A stretch of 64,000 nucleotides of DNA. It comes from Octopus sinensis. Taxonomy: Eukaryota. The notes under the pieces were generated by a model. It was not told the origin of the DNA and made no database searches. It was given only the letters and a program-made list of their open reading frames with translations. Position numbers and translations under genes: made by a program. The DNA lies in NCBI RefSeq assembly GCF_006345805.1, contig NC_043001.1:65162001-65226000 (forward strand). The letters are read 5' to 3'. Positions 11,918-25,729 of this stretch are shown here, piece by piece. The number at the start of each line of letters is the position of its first letter. Within the stretch, counting starts at the first letter, position 1.

Positions 11918-12429
11918 TGCCTTGTAATTTGGAATATTTCATGCTCCTCTTCCTTGCAGAATACAATATCATTTCTAAATTTCAGCTCCTATCATAGCAA
12001 AGTATACCTGATGTTTTCCTTTGCATTGAGCTTCTTTATATTCTTCAACCTTATTCCAGACCTTTTGAAGTTCTTATAGTTCTACCCACAACATTTTAAC
12101 CATCAAATTGCTAGGTGGGGTTCTGCTCTTCTACAGAATATGCTATTTTGTTTTATAGTTTTCTTGCTACCCTTGTCTTTTGTATGAACTTTGTGGTAGT
12201 GGTATTAGTAAATATGTTATTAACATTAGCTTTGATCTTAGATAGAATGAAGTACTGTTTGTATTTCTGTTTATATTTCTGATCTTATCATGTCCCCATG
12301 TTAAAGTTATTAGCTGTTATTTTTATACTGAGTTGTACATTTGGTGTTCTTGTTTGCTTGGCTCCATTTCAGCTACGTACAAAATCAGTTTGTTCCCCAG
12401 TCCGCCTGACAGATATTTATGACAACTTG

Positions 12430-15300
12430 TTTGACTTCATGAAGTTTGTGAGCTGCAAATAGGTAATTCACATGGATTTGGAAGATAACTGGAGGTTTCT
12501 ATGGCACAACCTGCTGAGAGCCACTGACCAGATCTGTGGCTGGTGCAAAGTCCCCACTCGACCCAAGGTAACGTGGTGGTGGAACAATGTGGTTGACAGG
12601 GCTATTAGACAAAAGAAACAGGCTTGGAAGGACTGGAAGAATGGAGGTAGCAGGGAACTGTATCAGACTGCCAGAAGGGAAGCTAGGAGACAGGTTTATT
12701 TAGCCAGAGGGGAAGCAGATAAGAAAAAATTTGCCAATGTTCTGTGCCATGAGGACCAAAGACTTGAGGTATTTCGTGTTGCAGTGTGAGAGAGAATCGT
12801 GATGTGGTAGGAGAGAAATGTGTTCGCATGGATGATGGTTCACTTGCGCTAAATGAGGATGCAAAGAGAGAGGCTTGGAGATGACACTATGAAAGTTTGC
12901 TGAATAAAGAAAATGAATGGGATATAGAGAGTCTGCCGAATGTCGACCCAACAGAGGGACCAGCTATCCGAGTTGACAGTTCTTTGGTAGTTAAGGCAAT
13001 TAGAAGCATGAAGACAGGGAAAGCCCCAGGCCCATCAGGAATTACTGCAGGGATGATCAAAATATCTGGCAGTGTTGGCTATAGCCTAGTCACCTGTATA
13101 GTTAACCAGGTGATGCATGAAGGAGTCATACCCAATGACTGGTGTAGCAGCATAATAGTCAACTACTGCAAAAGTAAAGGTGACGCCCTAGATACAAATA
13201 ATTACAGAGGTATCAAGCTGTTGGATCAGGTAATGAAGGTTACGGAGAGGGTCATAGCCCAATTGATTAGGGAGAGAGTCAACTTGGATGAGATGCAGTT
13301 TGGTTTCATGCCAGGGAAAAGCACCACTGATGCCATATTTCTGGTGAGACAGCTGCAGGAGAAATACCTAGCCAAAGATAAGCCCCAGGACCATGGAGAA
13401 AGCCTTTGACAGGGTCCATTAATCCCTTATCTGGTGGTCAATGAGGAAACTAGGGATAGATGAATGGCTAGTGAGAGCTGTGCAAGCCATGTACAGGGAT
13501 GCTCTAAGTAAGATAAGGGTTGGCAACGTGTACACTGAAGAATTCAAGGTAGAGGTTGTGGTCCACCAAGGTTCAGTCCTCAGCCCCCTCCTATTTATCA
13601 TAGTCCTCCAGGCAATTACGAAGGAATTCAAGACAGAATGCCCCTGGGAGCTCCTCTATGCTGATGACCTTGCTCTAATCGCTGAGTCACTATCAGAACT
13701 GGAGGAGAAGTTTCAGGTGTGGAAGGAAGGATTAGAATTGAAGGGCATTAGAGTCAACCTAGCTAAAACAAAAGTCCTAATAAGTAGGAAGGTAGACAAA
13801 CCACAAACGCCTGCTCGATCTGTAGAAAAGGCATAGGTAGAAACTCTATAAGATGTACCCAGTGTAAGCTATGGACACATAAGAGATGCAGCAATGTCAA
13901 AGGAAGGCTAACTGGGAAGATAGTTTTTGTATGTGGCAGATGCTCAGGAGCAATAAACACTGAAAATCTGCTGAAAACAACTTCTGTCACTTTCCAGGGG
14001 GAAAAACTAGAAGTAGTTGATAGCTTCCGTTACCTAGGTGACCAAGTCAGTAGCAGGGGTGGGTGTGCTGAAAGTGTAACTGCTGGAATAAGAATAGCCT
14101 GGGCAAAGTTCAGGGAGCTCTTACCTCTGCTGGTGACTAAAGGCCTCTCGCTCAGAGTAAAAGGCAGACTGTATGATGCATGTGTACGAACAGCCATGCT
14201 ACATGGCAGTGAAACATGGGCCGTGACTGCTGAGGACATGCGTAAGCTCATGAGGAATGAAGCCAGTATGATCCGATGGATGTGTAATATCAGTGTACAT
14301 ACTCGACAAAGTGTAAGTACCTTGAGAGAAAAGTTGGACCTAAGAAGCATCAGCTGTGGTGTGCAAGAGAGACGATTGCGCTGGTATGGTCATGTGGCAA
14401 GAATGGATGAAGATAGGTGTGTGAAAAAAGTGCCAATCTCTAGCAGTTGAGGGAACCCATGGAAGAGGTAGACCCAAGAAAACCCGGGACGAGGTGGTGA
14501 AGCACGACCTTCGAACTTTAAGCCTCACCAAGGCAATGACTAGTGACCAAGACCTTTGGAAATATGCTGTGCATGAGAAGACCCGGCAGGACAAGTGAGT
14601 CCATCCCGTGTCCCTTGCCAGGGATGTAGCCAGCCCACTTATGCATGCCTTTCCTTCCTTGGACACACGAAGACCTGTTGAAGCAAGCGAAGTTGAAATC
14701 GAATTCGAAATTGAACCAATCCTATGATTGGCACCTGGCAGTTGCCAGGGCCGCTGGACTGACTCCTATACAGGTGGCAAGTAAAGAAACACCGTTTTGA
14801 CCCTGTGCTTGAGGAGATCCATTGAGTCAAAGACACCAACATCAAAGATCAATGGAAACTGCACGTAAAAAGCACCATCCAAACATGGTCGATGCCAGCG
14901 CCGCCTAGACTGGCTTCCATACCGGTGGCACGTAAAAAGCACCATCCAAATGTGGCTGATGCCAGCGCCGCCTAGACTGGCTTCCATACCGGTGGCACGT
15001 AAAAAGCACCATCCAAATGTGGCTGATGCCAGCGCCGCCTAGACTGGCTTCCATACCGGTGGCACGTAAAAAGCACCAATCCGATCGTGGCCGTTGCCAG
15101 CCTCGCCTGGCACCTGTGCCAGTGGCACGTAAAAAGCACCCACTACACTCTCGGAGTGGTTGGCATTAGGAAGGGCATCCAGCTGTAGAAACACTGCCAG
15201 ATCAGACTGGAGCCTGGTGCAGCCTTCTGGCTTCCCAGATCCCCGGTCGAACCGTCCAACCCATGCTAGCATGGAGAACGGACATTAAATGATGATGATG
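12430..15300 (+). mobile_element. RTE-clade LINE, 5'-truncated and frameshifted, with 3' UTR and (GAT)n tail
   Basis: KAPGPSG, NYRGIKLL, QFGFMPGKSTTDA, QGSVLSPLLF, LLYADDL and RRLRWYGHV motifs. Confidence 0.9.
14862..15080 (+). repeat. 67-bp tandem repeat (three full units plus a partial) in the RTE 3' UTR
   Basis: cacgtaaaaagcacc recurs at 14862, 14929, 14996 and 15063. Confidence 0.9.
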
Positions 15301-15599
15301 AAGATTTCTTTATTTGTACGACCTTGTTCAGAGCTGTCTTCATGTATACCAGTGGTCTTTAGCTGAAGTTTCCTCATGTGTCTATTCAAATCATCATGTG
15401 ACAGTATCATTATCAACAAGGCCTTATATACCTGGTTGATTTTTGCATCCAGCAATTGTTGTTGGAAGTCATAAGTAGAGAACATACGGTGTGTTTGGGC
15501 TAAATTTGAAAGCTTACATAAGAGGAAAAGAAAACATAATATCCCATCCAAAAATAAAAGTATTTTTAAAGAATCTAAAAATATAAACTAAGTTGTAGC

Positions 15600-16389
15600 T
15601 GGGAGATAATAATTTACTCAAAATAGCCACTCTCAGCTTTCACCATAGCCTCAAACTGTTCTCTAGAACCAGGCACATGCATTCCTCACTGTGTCCCTGT
15701 GAAGATCTTCATATACCTCTTTGATCTTGGCTACTAGCTCAGTCTTGGTGTTGCAGGCTGAGTAGTTGGTGTTTTTCTCAACTGTGCCCTACACATAGTA
15801 ATGCATAGGATTATTGAGGGAATTAGGAAATATGAAATTGGGGCTGATGAAATCATAGAAATTCTCCAATAACCACTTCTGATTCTTTCTGGGGGTATGG
15901 CAAGGAGTCCAATGCTGTTGCTACACATATGGCCTTTCAGCAGTAGCCCTCTCTAGCTAAGGATTGACCACAGTCTCCAGGAGTTTCTAAAAGCTGTCTG
16001 AATTGAGCCTAAGACGCTATTTAAAGATGTGGTGATGAATTGCAGTGTGAGGATGCAGTTAGAATGCTTGTTGTGTCCTATTCATGCTGGCCATGGCTTT
16101 GTGGTCCCCATTGCAGCAGTCCGTGTCATGTCTGATAGCCTTTATAATATTCACAGAGCATTGTGCAGCAGTCATGTTATCGAGATTTTGATATCTGGTG
16201 AAAATCCTCATGATGCAGGTAACTATTTATTCCAATATATAGATGGCTTCTGGTCCTCCATGTCAGCTAACTTTTACTCAACTACAACTTTAAATATTTT
16301 TGTCCTCCAACACTGGTGACTGTTCACCAATACAGTAAGCTGTTTCTGAAGAAAAAGGAGATATAAAAAAATCATTAAATTTAGCCCTG
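15600..16389 (-). mobile_element. Degenerate Tc1/mariner (DD37D/maT-like) remnant
   Basis: Frameshifted minus translation resembles NPMDYYVWG..E..TN...CNTKTELVAKIKEV...ACARF...EA.VKAE.GYFE*; TA-CAGGG end near 16385-16391. Confidence 0.65.
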
Positions 16390-17707
16390 TATATATTGTC
16401 ATAATGTTTATTACTTGTCTGAATTTTATAAGATTCCATATAACCACAACTCTGTTGACAGTACATAACTAATATCAGTGTTGTTGCTGTCTAACCAAAA
16501 GAAAGTTTCTGTGGAGTGTCTGTTCAGGAATTTCCCCATATCTTATACACAATGTACGTCTACTCAATATTACATTATTATCTCAATAATCTCATTAGAT
16601 CTGACTTTCATCAAGTCAACATCAATAATGGTAAACCTGAGGGTTTTGTTGTTGCTATTGGTATTGTTTAGTGTCAACTCAGCTCTCACTGATTGAACCT
16701 ATGATTAAAGGCATTACAGATGTGACCATCTCATCGCTGTATATCAGTATGCTTATATTTTTTTAAATGTACATTTTAGGAAGATTTGGCTGCTATTTAT
16801 CTTAGCTTGAAAGCAATTGCTATTATGTACTGCATGGTTCATTGTTACAACTTTGTTATTATTCAGGGCAAATAGATTAGAATCAGTGTATATTTCTAAC
16901 AATAGTCAGACATTTAGAATCCTTACTACACAAATTCACCAATAGTTTACCATGACTCACTGAAATGTAAAGACTGAGCTTTGATATTGGGCTTTACATT
17001 TCAGTGAGTCAGCAACATAGTTTTATTGCTTTCTCACATATTCAGAACAATGTCAATGAAAATATTCAACTGCTCCCATACAACTAATTTCTAGCCTTTA
17101 TTCTCAATGATTATAGTTTTCTCACAAAAAGAAATGTCAAGGTTACTTTGATGTTAAAAATAGAACACAAACCCTCTTTTATGTAAAAGTATGATATTTT
17201 AAAAAGTTGGGCTTGTAAACTTTTACTTCCAACTGCATTTAATATGAAAATATTTTTATAGCAAACACATACTTTACAATATAGTATTATAATAGACTGC
17301 CTCTGGCTAAAAAAAGTAAGCAACTAACTTAGCCATGTTGGTGACCATCACTCTGTACTGCCTTGTAATTACTAAGAAAAAGAGACATGGAATTTTTAAC
17401 ACTAGTCAAATTGAACTGCTTTGGATAGAAGTTAGTCTCTTCAAACAAAGCCATCAGTGTAAAGGAACATGATCATAACTTGATTTGCAAAATATGATAG
17501 CCAGAATTCCTTCAAATTCCTTCATCCCATGTCTTCCTAGGTCTACCCACTTCATACACACAGATATATATACTAACCTAGAAAAAGATAGGATCATCGT
17601 TGTTGTTGTCGTCGTCATCATCATCATCCTCATTTAATGTTTGTTCTCTATGTTGGCATGCCAGAGGACTGTGCCAAGCTTCATTGTTTTGGCATGGTTT
17701 CTATGGT

Positions 17708-17745
<38 letters not shown>

Positions 17746-19153
17746 TGTGGTGTGTGTGTGTGTGTGTGACTCCATTATTCACAGTATCCTTCTTTCTTTA
17801 AGATGTCAGATTGTAATTTGACAGAGATTTGTTTACTATTTCTAGTATATTGTGTCAATATTAGTTTCAGTCTCATCAGTCAATTAGCCAACCTCTAAGT
17901 GGCCACTCCACCTTTAAGAAATAGCTGCCAAATCTTTCTCACATGACATACAACTGTCTTTTATATATATATAAAAAAAGCATGGATATATTAGAAATAT
18001 GTTCATTGGTACACTAAGTCTGAAAAATAAAGTTGAGATGGTCAAGGCTTGGAACATCTTTAATTATAAACTGTTTCATCATGGCTGATTTGTAATTAAA
18101 GAAACTAAGTATTAGAACAACAATTTCTTTTTAGTTTCTTAATTTCAGGTGTGCTATTATTGAGGAAACATATCAGGTAATGTAATTAAAACAGTGAGGG
18201 AGTGGACAACAGTTATTGCTTAGTCTGAGACCTGCTGTCATTGAACTGACTCATCAACAAAAACTTTATAGTCCTGACTATCCAATCTTTTCTCAAGACA
18301 ATCCATGACTAGAATTCTCTTTGCCAATTAGTTTGCTGAGATCTGTTTAAGGTAGATCTAGAGAATTTAGCTGTGGTGTCTCTGTTTAAAGTCAGATGTC
18401 ATTATGTCTATGTACATTATTATCCTAGCAGGCTGTTTTGTGATGTTGTTGTTGGTTAAATTCAGGTCAACACTAAATAAATTCATCTGTATTCAAAAAG
18501 ATCCTAGTTATAAACCTATCCTATTGTGTGTACAGAACTATATTATCAAGAGTGTCATTGTTGGTTGTATAATGTAAGATAATTTTGACTGCTGTGTCTT
18601 GCTAGTAGAGAAATCACACAGAAGATCTTTTAGTCTAGTATTGTACTAATAGGATGTTTTATGTTTGTCTGTGTATGTTACAAGATAAGTGAATGTACTT
18701 CATAAGAAAGAGAAGTAGGATAAAAGTACAGCCAACTTCCACTTGTGAGGAAGATAGATATGACTTGGTAATAATGTACAATGCTTTTACTAATTGCTTT
18801 AGGTGTCAACATAGCTGCAAGTAGACACCTTTTCAGGCCTCCCATCCTATACCCAGTAGAACATTCAATATGTGATAGCTGGAGGGAGAGAAAGTTGTGC
18901 AAGCATTTTACTCTTTTTATTTATATTTCATACACATAAATTATATACTTTATATCCTATATCTTATATACAAATCTTCTGAGATAATTTTGCTGAGGAG
19001 AAAGCAACATGAAATGAAGTACCTTGTTCAAGGATACCACTCACTACCCTCTCCAATAACTAAGCCCAAAACCTTATGATTGCAAGGTGAACACTGTAAC
19101 CACTAGGCCATGAGAAAAATAAGAGTTTGTTAAACTGGGATTTTATTACTTAC

Positions 19154-19322
19154 AATTTTTCAAACTGCAAGAATGATTTTGGAAACTGACTGTTTTATAA
19201 ACATTATGTGGAAGAATGTAGGTTTTCTTTCGCTTTTTCCTTGTTGTCTGCCTCCATAATTCTTTATCAAAATTTTCAGGCTGAATAAAATGCTGGTGTC
19301 CATCCAAATAAAATATTCCAAA
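19154..19322 (-). CDS. M12B/ADAM-like exon C (prodomain): FGIFYLDGHQHFIQPENFDKELWRQTTRKKRKKTYILPHNVYKTVSFQNHSCSLKN
   Basis: ctaatttcag acceptor, gtaagt donor, 169 nt, phase 0-1, only one open frame; G.F......FIQP and PH.VYK propeptide motifs. Confidence 0.9.
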
Positions 19323-19574
19323 CTGAAATTAGAATCAATTTAATCTTTAAACCTAAAATATTGATTTGTTTAAGATGGACCTAGATGGAGCAGTACAGAA
19401 GTGATTTATAAGTATTGACCCATTCATGTAGGTTGTGAATAAGAAAAATAATGGACAAATACTTGACACATAAGAGTATGTGGGGGGGGACTTAAAATAG
19501 TGTATTATAAGAAGGGTTATTATTATTAAATACAATGGTTCTGACATGAATAATATCTGGAAATAGATACTTAC

Positions 19575-19676
19575 AACTGACTGAAAGATACAGGGCTCTT
19601 TGAAATGTGGTTCAAAATTATGGCAGTGGAATGTTAATAATGTCTCATGAACTTTGTCTTCATATATCAGAGAATC
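19575..19676 (-). CDS. M12B/ADAM-like exon B (prodomain): DSLIYEDKVHETLLTFHCHNFEPHFKEPCIFQSV
   Basis: tttccttcttgattattcag acceptor, gtaagt donor, 102 nt, phase 0-0. Confidence 0.85.
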
Positions 19677-20078
19677 CTGAATAATCAAGAAGGAAATGCA
19701 GGAATAAATATAATATGATATGAAAAGTATAACATAATATAATTTAACATATTATATTATTCAAATTATTAAATAGAAGCAGCTCTGAATTAAAATCCTT
19801 ATCTATATGACATAATATATATATAACATTGAAAAGTTAGAGACTATAGTAGTCATCTCAGGAAAGATCCCTTTATAAACAGCATGTTTAAAAACACAAT
19901 AAAATTCAGAGCTAGATGAAGCAAAATTATCTCAGAAGATTTGTATATAAGATACAGGATATAAACTATATAATTTATGTGTATGAAATATAAATATAAT
20001 AGGAGTATAAAATAAAATAAAATAAAATATACAGAAAAATACAAAAAATCTTCAAATGTAATCAAAAAGTATAAGATT

Positions 20079-20123
<45 letters not shown>

Positions 20124-20309
20124 TTATGCCCCCAGGCTGAAACATGTCAAATGCTCATGGGTGCAAATGAATCAAGTATCATCTAATAAGGGAATAAATA
20201 ATTATATTAGAATACATTAAAACAATCAAATATAGCAAAAATAGAACTCTGACTCATCAGATCCTTGTCAAACTGCCCAACCCATGTAAAAGCATGGAAC
20301 CTCTTCCTT

Positions 20310-20328
20310 GTCATCATCATTGTCATCG

Positions 20329-20359
<31 letters not shown>

Positions 20360-23300
20360 GTAATGTCCGTTGTCCATGCTGGCATGAGTAGGATGCTTTG
20401 ACTAGGGCTGGTAAGCTGGAAGGCTGCACCAGATTTGGCATGGTTTTCTGATTTGGCATAGTTTTCTACGGCTGGATGCCCTTTCTAATGTCAACTACTC
20501 TGAGAATGTAATGGGTGCTTTTATGTGCTATAGGCACTGGTATCTGCCATGACTGCAATTTTGTTTGGCTTGGTGGGTCTTTTTCCCAAGCACAACATAA
20601 TACCAAAGGTCTTGGTCATTGCCTCTGTGAGGCCTAACACTCAAAAGGAACTCAGCCAATTTGCCTCCCTGAGGCCCAACACTCAAAAGGAACTCGGCCA
20701 CTTTGTCTCTGTGAAGCCCAACACTCAAAGGGATCTCAACTACTTTGCCCAATGCTCCAACGGTGCTCTTTAGATACCACTGGCATGGGTGCCAGTTACG
20801 TGATACCAACATCAGCCATGACTGTGATTTCACTTGGCTTCATGGATCTTCTCAAGCATAGTATATTGCCAAAGGTCTCAGTCACTAGTCATTGCCTCTG
20901 TGAGGCTCAAAGTTCGAAGATCATGCTTCACCACATTGTCTCATGTCTTTCTGGGTCTACCTCTACCACAGGTTCCCTCCACAGTTAGCTCTCAAGATGC
21001 TTATACTCTGTCAAACATGCACAATGATATTGCACATCCAGTGAAGCATATTGGCTTAATTTCTTTCAAGCCTCTGCTTGTCACAGCCACGTTTCACAGC
21101 CATGTAGCGTAGCTGTTTGCACACAGGCATCATACTATCTGCCTTTCACTCTCAGAGAGAAGCCCTTTGTTGCCAACAGAGGTAGAAACTCTCTGAACTT
21201 TGCCCAGCTTAATCTAATTCTCACAGCTATGCTCTTGGAGCCCCCCGCTCCACTACTAACTTGGTTACCTTGATAATGGCAGTCGATGGAGTCTATTTTC
21301 TGTACATTTTCACTGTTTATTGTACCTATGTATCTTCTACATACAAAAGCTAGTTTTCCTGTTAACCTTTCACTGATATTGCTGCACCTTTTATGTGTCC
21401 AAAGCTTATACTGGGTGCATCTTATGGAGTTTCTACCTACACCTTTTCTACAGATTGAGCAGGGCCATCTACCTGAAGGGATTTGTGATTTGTCTGCCTT
21501 CCTACTTTCTAAAACTTTGGTTTTTGTTTGGTTAACTCTAAGGTCCTTTGATTCTAGACCTTGCTTCCATACCTGAAACTTCTCTAGTTCTGGTAGTAAT
21601 TCAGCTATGAGAACAAGGTCATCAGCATAGAGGAGCTCCCAGGGGCAGCCTGTCTTAAATTCCTCTGTTATTATTTGGAGGACTATGATGAACAAAAGGG
21701 TGTTGAGCACCAGTCCTTGGTGATCCCCTATTATACCCTGAATTCTTTACTATACTTATTACCAACCCTCACCTTACTGACTGATTCCCTGTACATTGCT
21801 TGTACAACTCTCACGGACCACTTGTCTATCCTTAGTTTCTGCATTGACCACCAGATAAGGGATTGGGGGACCCTGTCAAAGGCTTTTTTCAAGTCAACAA
21901 AGGCCAAGTACAGAGGTTTATCTTTGGCTAAGTATTTCTCCTGCTGCTGTCTTACCAGAAATATAGCATCAGTGGTGTCACAAAACCAAACTGCATCTCA
22001 TCTAGTTGGACTGTGACTGTCTCTCACCTGATCCAACAATTTAATACCTCTGTAGTTATTTCTATCTAAGGCATCACTTTTACCTTTGTAGCAGTTAACT
22101 TTTTACAATACAGGTGACTAGACTATAACCCACACTGCCAGATATTCTAAGCATCTCAGTAGTGAATCCTGATGGACCAGGGGTTTTCCCTGTCTTCATT
22201 TCCTTAACTGCTTTATCTACCAAGGTACTGTCGATCCGGGTAGCTGGTCCCTCAGTTGGGTTGACATTTGGCAGACTCCTCCTCCCACTGATTCTCCATG
22301 TTAAGCAGTTTTCATAATGGCATTTCCAAGCATCTTTCTTTGCAGAATCATGTAATGCAAGTGCATCATCATCTATGCAGACACATTTCTCTCCTATGAC
22401 ATCACAATTTTCTCTCACACACTGTCTTGCAATCAGAAACACTTCAGTTCATGTCACTGAACATAGGCAAAGTTCTTCTTTTCTGCTTCTCCCTTGGCTA
22501 GATATACCTGACTTCTAGCTTCCCTTCTGGCTATCTGATACAGTTCCCTGCTACTCCAACTCCTCCAGTCCTTCCAGGCCTGTTTCTTTGCTCTAATGGC
22601 CATGTCTACATTATTTTTCCACTACCACATTACCCTATGTTTGGTTGGGACTTCGCACTACCCACAGATTTGGTCTGTGGCACTCAGCAAGCTGTCCAGC
22701 AGGAATTCCCAGTTGCTCTCTATGTCACAAGTTTGTAGCTTCTCCTCCCTCTCATCAAATTCCTCAATTAGGATGTCCCTAAATCTCTGAGCACATGGAG
22801 GGTCCTTAAGCTTCCAAATCCTTCTTTTCCAGGTTGGTCTATTTCTTGACATTCTTCTGGCCTGGAGTCTAAAACCACTAACTACCAGTCTATGCTGGGT
22901 AATATCTTCTTCACCAGGGAGGGTCTTTGTTTTTAAGAGCAACCATGCATCCTGCTGCCTGGTGAGAATCTAATCAATCTGGCTGACATAGCTGCCTGAT
23001 TGATAGGTTATCAGGTGGCTGGTCAGCTTCCTGAAGTTGGTGTTGCAGATCAATAGGTTATTTACATCACAAAACTCCAGTAGCCTTTTTCTCTCTTTGT
23101 TTCGTGAACGAATTCCATGCCCCCCATGTACACCATGGAAATTACTGGGCTGCTGTTCAACATGCCCATTGAAGTTCCCAGCCACAAAAATGAGATCCTT
23201 GTCATTTGTCTTAGAGGTAGCCTGCAGGAGGATATCATAAAAATGTTCCTTCTGTTCGTTTGGTAGGCCCACTTGTGGATTATAGGTGGAGATAATTGAT

Positions 23301-23570
23301 GCTATGCTATTCTGCAAGACTAGCCTAAGCTTAAGCACTCAACTGCTCACTCTAACTACCTCTATGATCTTCTCCACCCATTTCTCTGCAAGTAGTATGC
23401 CCACACCGCTATCCTGTCACTGTTACCTTCTCAGAAGATTTTATACCTATGTGCCTTGCCTGTGAGGAACTTGGTTGAAGCTCCTCTCCACCTTACCTCT
23501 TGGATGCAGCATACATCAACATGCCTCCTTTCAAACAGTTCAACAATGTCACTTTTGCCAACCAGCATTC
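20310..23570 (-). mobile_element. RTE-clade LINE, degenerate endonuclease plus RT, internally deleted
   Basis: APE motifs (CCIQEVRW, FVAGNFNGHV, ICNTNF, SQID), LLYADDL, (ATC)n tail at ~20320-20358. Confidence 0.9.
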
Positions 23571-24074
23571 AAACATGTTAAAATTGTTGTCCCTATGGAT
23601 AATGAGTAGCATTGGAAATATAAGTGTGACTGCCACTTGATTCACTGTTTCACAATATACATAGCTAAGCTAAGAATTTTTCTCTCATTTTTAATTGTTT
23701 TACTTTATGTCTTGCTGTTGCCATGTCTCTCTCCCCAACAATAGTAAACAGGCTATTGCTTGTCTGCAATGCTCCTGCCCCTTCCTGCCCACACCACTTA
23801 TACCAGAAACCTATTCTCAATACCGGAAACCCCTACAGGGCTCTGCTTTGCTTCTGTACCTTCGTCTTTCCTTCCCCACCACCAACAATCGCCCACACTA
23901 CTGCATGCACCAAAACGTGATATGTTACTTAGGAAATTATTAGTAATTAACAGACCATCTACTTCTTTCTCCCTATATATAATGGACTAACCAATAGCAG
24001 ATCATTTGCGTATTGAATCCATTTGTTTTCGTATTTCATGTTGTTTACTGTTGGTGATGTCCTGTACCCATATA

Positions 24075-24120
<46 letters not shown>

Positions 24121-24124
24121 AATA

Positions 24125-25013
24125 CAGGGTGTTCCAGAAGTCTTGGGCACATTTCAAGTCCTCATATCTGCTGAACTACGATTTGTAGTAAGATGAAACT
24201 GGTACCATTTTAAAGCTAAATTCATTAAGTTTTTTGTAATGCTAATGATTATTTCATATTTTTTCCAGATCCAATAATGGCGTTCACTCAACCAGAAAAG
24301 GCGTTTTGCGTCCTTGAATTCGCAAAAACTGAATCATGGACACTTGTTGAAAGTGCATTTCGCACAAAATTCTGAAAAGAGGCACCAGAAAGGAAGTCCA
24401 TATTGAGATGGCATGGCAAATTCATGAAGGATGGATGTTTGTGCCCACCTAAGAGAACGGGACGCCCCTCAACTTCAGATGATACGGTTGAGCGAGTTCG
24501 AACTGCCTTCGAGCGGAGCCCCCGTAAATCGATCAGAAGAGCCAGTAGGGACCTCATTTTCCAACAGGATGGGGCGTCATCACATTGGAGACTCAGGGTT
24601 AGACAGTATCTGAACACAACACTGCCAGACAGATGGATTGGACGGTCTGGGTGAGATGATTGCATTCTTATACCTTGGCCTCCCGGGTCTCCAGATCTCA
24701 CACCCTGCGATTTCTTTTTAGGGCATTTGTGAAAGGACTGGTCTATGTGCTGCCCCTTCCAAAAGAGTGGATGAACTGAAGGCCCGAATGATGAAAGCTG
24801 TTGCAACCATCGACAACCTAATGCTCGAATGCGTTTTGACAAGAATTGGACTATCGGCTTGATGTGCTCACATTGAACATCTTTGAACATTCCATAAAAA
24901 AACTTGAAATTGCTAGGCTTTCAGAATATATCAGATGCGTTTTTATGTCCTTAAAAGTAAAGTTTTCGAGGTATTCAATGTCAAAATGTGCCCAAGACTT
25001 CTGGAATACCCTG
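24125..25013 (+). mobile_element. Tc1/mariner (DD37D/maT-like) internal-deletion derivative, 889 bp
   Basis: 30-bp TIRs CAGGGTGTTCCAGAAGTCTTGGGCACATTT (1 mismatch), TA TSDs; HTH region fused to IFQQDGASSH and WPPGSPDLTPCDFF. Confidence 0.9.
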
Positions 25014-25729
25014 TATAATTTATATTATTATTGAACTCCATGCATTCATTTCCAAGTAAGTTTACTTGAATGCCACACACCCATTTCCAAGTAAGTTTAT
25101 ATAAATATATATGTAAACATATGTATGTATGTATGTATGTATGTATGCATGCATGCCTGCATGTATGTAAGTATGTATGTAGATAAGTATGGAGCAGCAT
25201 CATTGACTTTCATAAGACCAGTTATACATCAGCCAGCAAATGGGCATAAATTTTATATTCATTTTCTAAGGTGGCATAAACTGGAAGGTTTGACAACATT
25301 CAATGGATTGGAGGACTACATCTTGTTTCACTGATTAAGAATCGGCATGGCTTCTGTGGCTAAATGCTTTTCCTAACACCAACTATTTCCAGTACTGACA
25401 CCAGCACAAATGAGGTTGTCTTGCATTCAGCAACACTGAAATACTCCTCTCAAGCCTGCACTGTTGCTGATGGATTTGCCAAACACTACTTTTCTTGTAA
25501 GCCTGCCTGTGATCTCACTAAACCTTTTGTATATCTGTTAGAATTTCTATGGACTTCTTTTCTGAAAATGGAGCCTTGCTATTTCCCTGATTATATAAGG
25601 GTTTTGTCTTCCTTCCTATTTACTAACACTTTTGCTTTCACTAATTATATTTTAAGACCCTTCAATTTCAAATTTCACTTTCATGTTTGAAACTTTTCCT
25701 CCAATTCTCTTAGATTCTGCTATAAGAGT

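Noticed and set aside
14862-15080. CRISPR-like regular repeats
   Set aside because: There are no unique spacers; this is a contiguous tandem repeat in a LINE 3' UTR in eukaryotic DNA.
16230-16345. Very strong minus-strand splice acceptor as a metalloprotease exon
   Set aside because: All three frames stop quickly, joining to exon C creates TAA, and it lies within the mariner remnant.
16478-16696. Signal-peptide-like MVNLRVLLLLLVLFSVNSA
   Set aside because: It is on the wrong strand for the metalloprotease, derives from a (TTG)n repeat tail, and hits a stop three codons later.
18680-18878. Minus-strand exon candidate with a good polypyrimidine tract
   Set aside because: The phase-1 frame stops after four codons, no M12B motif is present, and exon C joins exon D cleanly.
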